A stretch of 64,000 nt of DNA, taken from assembly GCF_039595165.1 (NCBI RefSeq), contig NZ_JBCNMA010000005.1, positions 963-64,962 on the forward strand. The letters are read 5' to 3'. The position numbers and the translations under genes are program-made. The notes under the pieces were generated by a model that saw only the letters and a list, made by a program, of their open reading frames with translations, did no database searches and was not told where the DNA came from. Below are positions 57,870 to 64,000 of the stretch, one piece after another; the first letter of the stretch is position 1, and each line of letters starts with the position of its first letter. Origin of the DNA: Sphingomonas sp. (GTDB lineage Bacteria > Pseudomonadota > Alphaproteobacteria > Sphingomonadales > Sphingomonadaceae).

Positions 57870-58142
57870 GCCTATCCCGGCAGGCCGCTGCGCCATGCGG
57901 CGACCGCCTTGCCTCCTGCCCGAGGGTGACCCCTGCGAACGCCGTACATGCTGGGTTCTGCTCGGACTTTAACGGCTTGCCGAAACCCGTCCGCGCACGC
58001 ATCGCGCGACTGGTCGCAAATCGTTTTCAGAAAATGGATCCACAACGCGGTTTCGTTGGTTGTGCCCCGAAATTGCGGCTCAATGTATCGGCACCGTGCT
58101 GCGACGGGACTTGCGCGCTCGGTCGTCAAAGGGGAGCGAGGC

Positions 58143-60719
58143 ATGCCCAGATCACACCGCGCCGGCCCGAGATCGGGTCTCCTGTTGAGCGCAGCCGTTA
58201 TCCTGCCGGCCGCGCCGGCGATGGCGCAGGTCCAGCCCGAAGCTCCGCCGCCGGCCGCCGATCAGGCGCCTCAGCCGGCCGCCCCCCCGGCGGCCGAGGA
58301 CGAGCAGGAAATCGTCGTCACCGGCCAGACCTCGCGCAACCGCCCGCTGATCACCGCCTCCGCCGACATTACGCTTGCGACGCGCGAGGATATCGACCGC
58401 CGCGCGCCGCGCTCAACCGCCGACATGCTCGAGCTGGTGCCCGGCATCTTCGTCGAGGGCACCGCGGGCGAACTCTCCAACAACTACTCGGTCCGCGGCC
58501 TGCAGGGCGGCGGGCAGCGCTTCGTGCAGCTCGAGGAAGACGGGATGCCGGTGCTCTACCAGGGCGGCGGCGCGGACTTCTTCTTCTCGCAGGACCTGAC
58601 GATCGACCGGCTGGAGGCGGTCAAGGGCGGCTCGTCCGGCGTGCTGACCGTCAACGGCGCCGGCGCCACGATCAACTTCATCTCGCGCCGTCCCAACTTC
58701 GACAGGTTCGAGGGGAGCGCGCGCGTCACCGGCTATGACTATGGCCTCAAGCGCGCCGACCTCTACCTCTCCGCCCCGATCGCGGAGAATCTGGCGTTCA
58801 ACATCGGCGGCTATTTCCAGTCCAGCCCCGGCGTGCGCCGCAACCCGTTCGATTACGAGGGCTATCGCGTCAAGGCGATGCTCGAATACCGCTTCGACAG
58901 CGGCGGCTTCATCCGGCTGACGGGCAAGATCGGCGATCTCAAGACCGCTTACTATGCCGGCATGCCCTACACCTACAACGACGGCGAGCCCGGCGCGGTA
59001 CCGGGCCTCGATCCGCAGAAGGACAATATCGGCGGCGACGCGTTCGCGCGCACCTCGGTGCCGGTGTCGACCTTCGTCGAGGCCGACGGCTTCCGCGATT
59101 TCCGCCTCAGCGAAGGCGTGCGCGCCAAGACCAAGCAGGTCCGCCTCGATTTCGAGAAGCCCGTCACCGACGGCCTCGAACTATTCGCCCGCGCGCGCTA
59201 TCTCGACTTCAGCTACGACTTCAACGGGCTGTTCCCGGGCTCGGGCACCGGCAATGCCGGGCTCGCCAGCGCGGTCGACTATCTGACGCCGGGGGCCTCG
59301 CCGCTCGACGGCATCCAGGTGGGTGGCGTCGGCTTCCTCCAGCGCGGCGCGCTCGCCTTCCCGGCTGCGGCGCGCTTCGGCATCCGCAATCTGCGCACCG
59401 GCGTGGTGCTCGGCGCGAACCAGACCGCCGAGCTCAATGCGTTGAACGGCAACGGTTTCCTCCAGCAGACGGTGCTCAACCACGATTATGTCGAGGGCCA
59501 TGACTTCGGCGCGAACCTGGGCTTCCGCTGGGAAGCGGAGGGCGATGGCTTCAGGAACTCGCTGACCGCGGGCGTGATGTATTATGACGTCAGCCGGTGG
59601 CAGAATCAGTCGGCGGTCGCGCCGGTCGTCAACGACGTCAGGAACAACAGCGACATCTACGACATCGTCGCGCTCGACGCCGGCAACAACGTCATCGGCA
59701 CGCTGAGCGACAACGGCCTCATCTCCTATGGCGATTGGGGCGTCGGCATCCGCGAGCGCAAGGACAGCTCGATCTCGGTCTATATCAACGACGAGCTCGC
59801 GATCGGCGACAATCTCAACATCGATGCCGGCATCCGCTGGGAGAGCGTCGACGCGACCTTCCGCGACGGCAACGGGGCGGCGGTCAACCAACCGGTTCCG
59901 CCCGGTGTCGGCGGCATCGTGCGGACGGTCGGCCCGACCTGGGACGGCACCTATACCGTGCGGCGGGCGACGCAGGAGAAGACCGCCTGGACCGTCGGCG
60001 CCAACTACCGCATCACGCCCAACCTCGCCGTCTATGCGCGCTATGCGCTCGGCTTCCAGACCAACAATGTCGATCCGATCACCGAGATCGAGCTCTACGA
60101 GGCGGGCGTGCGCCTTCAGCTCGGGCGCTGGTTCAACGGCTCGGCGACGGTGTTCCGCACCAACTTCAACGACCAGTTCTACAATTTCATCGATCCCGCC
60201 GACCCCACGCGCCAGCAGGCCTTCCTCGCCGACCTCAGTACCAAGGGGGTCGAGATCGACGTGGTGGTGCGGCCGGTCGAATGGTTCTCGGTCAACTTCA
60301 TCGGCGTGTTCCAGGACCCGACGCTCAGCAACCTGCGCCTCGATGGCGTCGCGCAGCCGACCTATGACGGCAATCGGCCCGAGCGCACGCCGGCGCAGCT
60401 CTACACGATCACCCCGACGATACGGCTGCCCAATGGCCTGGGCGAGGTCTATGCCCGCTACAAATATATCGGGAAGATCTTCGCCGATTCCGGCAACGGC
60501 GTCGCGCTCCCCGGCTATGGGGTGACCGGCGTCGGCGTCAGCCTCAACCTGACTGAGCGGTTGCAGGTGAGCTTCGACGCCGACAATATCTTCGACGTGA
60601 TGGGACTGACCGAAGGCAATCCCCGCCAGGGGCAGACGCAGAATGCGGATTCGGGCTTCTTCTACGCCCGCGGCATCACCGGCCCGTCGTTCGGCGGCTC
60701 GGTGACGCTGAAATTCTGA
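58143..60719 (+). CDS. TonB-dependent receptor
   Basis: Start at ATG 58143 (GGGGAG upstream). Signal ...LPAAPAMAQ. Plug QEIVVTGQTS...STADMLELVPGIFVEGTAGELSNNYSVRGL. Terminal ...GGSVTLKF. Confidence 0.9.
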   Translation: MPRSHRAGPRSGLLLSAAVILPAAPAMAQVQPEAPPPAADQAPQPAAPPAAEDEQEIVVTGQTSRNRPLITASADITLATREDIDRRAPRSTADMLELVPGIFVEGTAGELSNNYSVRGLQGGGQRFVQLEEDGMPVLYQGGGADFFFSQDLTIDRLEAVKGGSSGVLTVNGAGATINFISRRPNFDRFEGSARVTGYDYGLKRADLYLSAPIAENLAFNIGGYFQSSPGVRRNPFDYEGYRVKAMLEYRFDSGGFIRLTGKIGDLKTAYYAGMPYTYNDGEPGAVPGLDPQKDNIGGDAFARTSVPVSTFVEADGFRDFRLSEGVRAKTKQVRLDFEKPVTDGLELFARARYLDFSYDFNGLFPGSGTGNAGLASAVDYLTPGASPLDGIQVGGVGFLQRGALAFPAAARFGIRNLRTGVVLGANQTAELNALNGNGFLQQTVLNHDYVEGHDFGANLGFRWEAEGDGFRNSLTAGVMYYDVSRWQNQSAVAPVVNDVRNNSDIYDIVALDAGNNVIGTLSDNGLISYGDWGVGIRERKDSSISVYINDELAIGDNLNIDAGIRWESVDATFRDGNGAAVNQPVPPGVGGIVRTVGPTWDGTYTVRRATQEKTAWTVGANYRITPNLAVYARYALGFQTNNVDPITEIELYEAGVRLQLGRWFNGSATVFRTNFNDQFYNFIDPADPTRQQAFLADLSTKGVEIDVVVRPVEWFSVNFIGVFQDPTLSNLRLDGVAQPTYDGNRPERTPAQLYTITPTIRLPNGLGEVYARYKYIGKIFADSGNGVALPGYGVTGVGVSLNLTERLQVSFDADNIFDVMGLTEGNPRQGQTQNADSGFFYARGITGPSFGGSVTLKF

Positions 60720-62764
60720 TGCGGGTATCCGCACGCGGCCTGGCCGCGGTCGCTTTCCTGGCGACCACCGCGCCGTCGCTACCGCCGCCTGCGCCCGAGC
60801 TCAGCTATCAGCTCACCGAGGGCCAGAACCTCAATGCCTTTGTCCGCGACGGCCGCGTCGCGGCGCACCTGCTGCTGCGCTCGGGCAATGATCCGCGCAT
60901 CCTCGTCGCCTTTCCGGCGGGGAACAGCGGCGTCGGCCTGTGGTTCGACCGTGTCGCTGCGCCGACGCGCTGGCGGCTGGAGGGCGCGCCGCAGCCGGTG
61001 ACGCTGGCGGACGCGAAGGGGCGCCCGCTCTACGGTATCCGCGCGGTGGCGACGGTCGACGCGCCGCGCCTTGCCCTCAAGCAGGCGGTCCTATCCAACG
61101 TCCGCTTCCTGCGCGACTATCAGGCGGTCGGCAAATTCCCCGCCGAGGTCGCGGCGCCGATGCGCATGGAGGGCAAACGCATCAGCTATGCCCGCGACCG
61201 GCTGGACGGCGCGCCGGGGTATCGGCTCGAGCTCAACATCCTCGAGGGACGCGCCGGGCGCGGCACGATCGCCGCAGGCCCGAGCGGCCGGATCCGGCTG
61301 GAGATCGTGGCGGCGAGCGGGGATCCGCCGCTCACCGGCCTGACCCTGCCCGAGCTGCTCAACGACCGCGCCGCGAACGACACGACCGCGCGCAACGCGC
61401 TGCATTTCCTGAGCTATCGCGAGAAGTTCCTGGCCGGATCATGGCGCTTCAACACCTATTTCGGCCGCGACACGCTGATGTCGGTGCGGCTGCTGATGCC
61501 CGCGCTGCAGCCGGCGGCGATCGAATCCGGGCTCGGCTCGGTGCTCGCGCGGCTCAACGCCGCAGGGGAGGTGGCGCACGAGGAGGCGTTGTCGGAATTC
61601 GCGATCCTCGAGCACCGCCGCGCCGGGCGCGGTGGCGATGCCGCGACGCTCGACTATGCGATGATCGACGACGATTTCATGCTCGCACCGGTGATGGCGA
61701 GCTATCTGCTCGACCGCGCCGATCCTGCCGCGGCGCGCGCTTTCCTCGCGCGCGACATTCCGAGCGAGGCCCGTCCCGGCACGACCGAGCGGGCCGGCGC
61801 GGCGCTGGTGCGCAACCTGCGCTTCGTGCTCGACCAGGCGCGCCCCTTTGCCGAGAACCCCGGCGCGGCCCGGCTCGTCGGGCTCAAGGCCGGGCGGCGA
61901 ACCGGGCAGTGGCGCGACAGCGAGGAGGGTTTGGGGCGCGGGCATTTTGCCTATGACGTCAATGCCGTGCTCGTGCCGGCCGCGCTCGACGCCGCGGCGC
62001 GCCTGCACCGTGCCGGGCTGCTCGATCTCTATCTCGGTGCTGCGGACCGCAGCCGCCTAGCCCGCGCCGGCGCGATGGCCGCGACGTGGCGGAGCCGCGC
62101 GCCCGAGCTGTTCCATGTCTCGATTTCAGCCGCCCGCGCCGCGCCGCTGATCCGCGACTATGCGGCGAGCGTCGGCGTGCCCGCCGGGCCGGCGCTGACC
62201 TCGCTCGGTTCGGCGCCGCTCGATTTCCATGCGATCGCGCTGGACGAGGCGGGCGCGCCGGTGCCGATCCTCAACTCCGACGAGGGCTTCGCATTGCTGT
62301 TCGGCGATCCGCCGGCGGCCGATCTCGACACCTATATCGGCGCGATCATGCGCCCGTTTCCGGCCGGGCTGATGACCGACATCGGCTTGCTTGTCGCCAA
62401 TCCCGCCCTGGCGGGGCGGGAGGTGCAGGCGCGCTTTACCCCGGCGGCCTATCACGGCACCGTCGTCTGGTCGTGGCAGCAGGCGTTGCTTGCCGCCGGG
62501 CTCGAGCGCCAGCTTGCCCGCCGCGACCTGCCGCAGGCGACGCGCGCTCGACTTCGCCAGGCACAGACGCTGCTCTGGCGCACGATCCAGGCGACGCGCG
62601 CGCTGCAGAGCTCGGAGCTATGGTCCTGGACTTATGCCGACGGCCGCTATCGCGCGGCCGCGTTCGGCGCGGGCCGGCAAGACGTCGACGAATCCAACGC
62701 CGCGCAGCTGTGGAGCACCGTTTATCTCGCGGTCCGTCCGCCAGCCGCGCGAAGGGCGCGATAG
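60719..62764 (+). CDS. Exported (alpha/alpha)6-barrel glycosidase-like protein (amylo-alpha-1,6-glucosidase/GDE_C-like motif)
   Basis: ATG overlaps the TBDR stop by 1 nt (TGATG). Signal MRVSARGLAAVAFLATTAPS. Motifs WRFNTYFGRDTLMS and GQWRDSEEGLGRG resemble six-hairpin glycosidases. Weak family call. Confidence 0.5.
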   Translation: MRVSARGLAAVAFLATTAPSLPPPAPELSYQLTEGQNLNAFVRDGRVAAHLLLRSGNDPRILVAFPAGNSGVGLWFDRVAAPTRWRLEGAPQPVTLADAKGRPLYGIRAVATVDAPRLALKQAVLSNVRFLRDYQAVGKFPAEVAAPMRMEGKRISYARDRLDGAPGYRLELNILEGRAGRGTIAAGPSGRIRLEIVAASGDPPLTGLTLPELLNDRAANDTTARNALHFLSYREKFLAGSWRFNTYFGRDTLMSVRLLMPALQPAAIESGLGSVLARLNAAGEVAHEEALSEFAILEHRRAGRGGDAATLDYAMIDDDFMLAPVMASYLLDRADPAAARAFLARDIPSEARPGTTERAGAALVRNLRFVLDQARPFAENPGAARLVGLKAGRRTGQWRDSEEGLGRGHFAYDVNAVLVPAALDAAARLHRAGLLDLYLGAADRSRLARAGAMAATWRSRAPELFHVSISAARAAPLIRDYAASVGVPAGPALTSLGSAPLDFHAIALDEAGAPVPILNSDEGFALLFGDPPAADLDTYIGAIMRPFPAGLMTDIGLLVANPALAGREVQARFTPAAYHGTVVWSWQQALLAAGLERQLARRDLPQATRARLRQAQTLLWRTIQATRALQSSELWSWTYADGRYRAAAFGAGRQDVDESNAAQLWSTVYLAVRPPAARRAR

Positions 62765-62768
62765 CGGC

Positions 62769-64000
62769 TCAGCCGATCAGCGCCGCCAGCGCCGCGTCAT
62801 GGCCGGGCTGCTCCGCCGCCGCGCGCGCCATCGCGTCGCGGATGCGCTCGAGCTGGGCACGGTTGGTCGCGGAATCGATCGTGTCGGCCATCGGGTGATA
62901 GCCCGCGGCGTGAATCCCCTGGCCATTGAGCACCGCGAGCCAGCTCGCCTCGCGGAACAGCTCTTCGCTGCCGAGCATTAGCCGTCCCGACCGGCGATAT
63001 TCGCGCTCGCGTTCGACCAGCGTGTCGGGCAGCGCCATGTGCCGGCATTGTGCCCAGAGCGGCTCGGGCTTGTCGGCCGTGGCGTGGTAATGGAGGATCA
63101 GGAAGTCTTTGATATTGTCCATGTCGGCGGCGAACAGCGCGTTGAAGCGCGCCGCGAGAGCGGGGTCGCAGTCGCGGTCGGGGAATAGCGTCGAGAGCTT
63201 GGCGATCGCGCTCTGGATCAGATGGATGCTGGTCGATTCGAGCGGCTCGAGAAACCCCGCCGACAGCCCGATCGCGACGACATTGCCGATCCACGCCCGC
63301 CGTCGTCGCCCGGCGGTGAAGCGCAGGACACGCGGCTCCGCCATCGCCGCGCCGTCGAGATTGGCGAGCAGGGTTGCCGCCGCCTCGTCGTCGCTCAGCA
63401 ACGTGCTGCAATAGACATAGCCGTTGCCGGTGCGGTGCTGAAGCGGGATGCGCCACTGCCAGCCGGCTGCGCGGGCGGTCGAGCGCGTATAGGGCGTGGT
63501 CTCCGCGGCGCGCTCGCACGGCACGGCCACGGCGCGGTCGCAGGGCAGCCAGTGCGACCAGTCGTCATAGCCGGCCTGCATCTCGCCCTCGATCAGCAGC
63601 GCGCGGAAGCCCGAGCAGTCGATGAACAGCTCGCCCGGCAAGCGCTCGCCGCGAACCGTCGCGAGCGCGGTGACGAAGCCCGTTTCGGAATGGCGCTCGA
63701 CCTCCGCCAGCCGCCCTTCAACGCGGACGACGCCGTGCGCCTCGGCCAGCTCGCGCAGGTGCCGCGCATAGAGGCCGGCATCGAAATGATAGGCATAGCC
63801 GAGCGTGGACAGGATCGAGCGGGGATCGTCGGACGGCCTGGCGAAGCGGTTCGCCTGCGCGAGGCGCGCGGCGAGCGAGAAGTCCGCGAGCGACACGTCC
63901 AGCCCTTCCGCGCGCGCCTTGAGCCAGCGGTGATGGAAGGCGACGCCCGGCAGCGGCGCGCCATATTGGCCGAACGGATGGAGATAGCGGTGCCCCGGCC
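62769..64000 (-). CDS. Tryptophan-halogenase-like FAD-dependent protein, 5' end beyond the window
   Basis: The frame stays open to position 64000 (..HRYLHPFGQYGAPLPGVAFHHRWLKARAEGLDVSLADFSL...). Motifs FHHRWL, YHFDAGLYARHLRELAE and FIDCSGFRALL are typical of the family found beside TBDRs. Confidence 0.8.
   Translation of the reverse strand, partial: PGHRYLHPFGQYGAPLPGVAFHHRWLKARAEGLDVSLADFSLAARLAQANRFARPSDDPRSILSTLGYAYHFDAGLYARHLRELAEAHGVVRVEGRLAEVERHSETGFVTALATVRGERLPGELFIDCSGFRALLIEGEMQAGYDDWSHWLPCDRAVAVPCERAAETTPYTRSTARAAGWQWRIPLQHRTGNGYVYCSTLLSDDEAAATLLANLDGAAMAEPRVLRFTAGRRRRAWIGNVVAIGLSAGFLEPLESTSIHLIQSAIAKLSTLFPDRDCDPALAARFNALFAADMDNIKDFLILHYHATADKPEPLWAQCRHMALPDTLVEREREYRRSGRLMLGSEELFREASWLAVLNGQGIHAAGYHPMADTIDSATNRAQLERIRDAMARAAAEQPGHDAALAALIG

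Noticed and set aside
57870-58142. Small palindromes GCGAC-TG-GTCGC (about 58006-58017) and TTTTC-A-GAAAA (about 58024-58034) upstream of the fourth TBDR
   Set aside because: They are short (5-bp arms) and expected by chance. No second copy or linked regulator supports them.

Overview
High-GC chromosomal segment, probably from a Sphingomonadaceae-type alphaproteobacterium: many TonB-dependent receptors (TBDRs), ybgF-tilS-ftsH synteny and a tryptophan-halogenase-like gene beside a TBDR. I call about 46 protein genes. I recognised no rRNA, tRNA, CRISPR array, IS element or prophage. Layout: (1) 1-3018, housekeeping genes ftsH (partial), tilS, ybgF, rodZ-like. (2) 3416-9189, FecI/FecR/STN-TBDR cell-surface signalling unit plus a TetR gene. 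(3) 9353-13757, two small convergent ORFs, a DMT transporter and a PAS-GAF-PAS hybrid kinase with two receivers. (4) 14119-27859, alpha-glucan/maltose utilisation locus: MFS symporter, two esterases, LacI, GH13 alpha-glucosidase, TBDR, GH13 amylase, AraC. An unexpected PhyH dioxygenase / Zn-ADH / esterase trio is translationally coupled to the amylase. (5) 27983-33229, AraC regulator and a 1344-aa autotransporter with an internal tandem duplication of about 254 aa. (6) 33747-41864, XRE-HTH protein, beta-propeller lipoprotein, OmpR-type two-component system, RcnB-like protein, M28 peptidase, 4xEF-hand protein and a secreted Arg/Gly-rich protein. (7) 42124-42795, orphan MerB-like gene in a lower-GC islet. 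(8) 43146-47653, ABC ATPase plus a tandem ABC-2 permease fused to an M1 metallopeptidase. (9) 48470-57869, TBDR, Tat-signal PhoD-like phosphatase, Tat-signal enolase-superfamily enzyme, then L-fuconate dehydratase, SDR, FucP and IclR. (10) 58143-64000, TBDR, six-hairpin-glycosidase-like protein and a tryptophan-halogenase-like gene (partial). The best candidates for something undescribed are two. First, 10-bp-phased (C)GTTAC direct repeats sit in front of three exported-protein genes that flank the only OmpR-family regulator, suggesting an envelope/cation regulon. Second, a TBDR operon encodes two Tat-exported enzymes, one of them an apparently periplasmic enolase-superfamily member, upstream of a partial L-fucose pathway. 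All functional calls come from motif recognition by eye. No database search was run. The many long antisense ORFs in the track are treated as high-GC artefacts.
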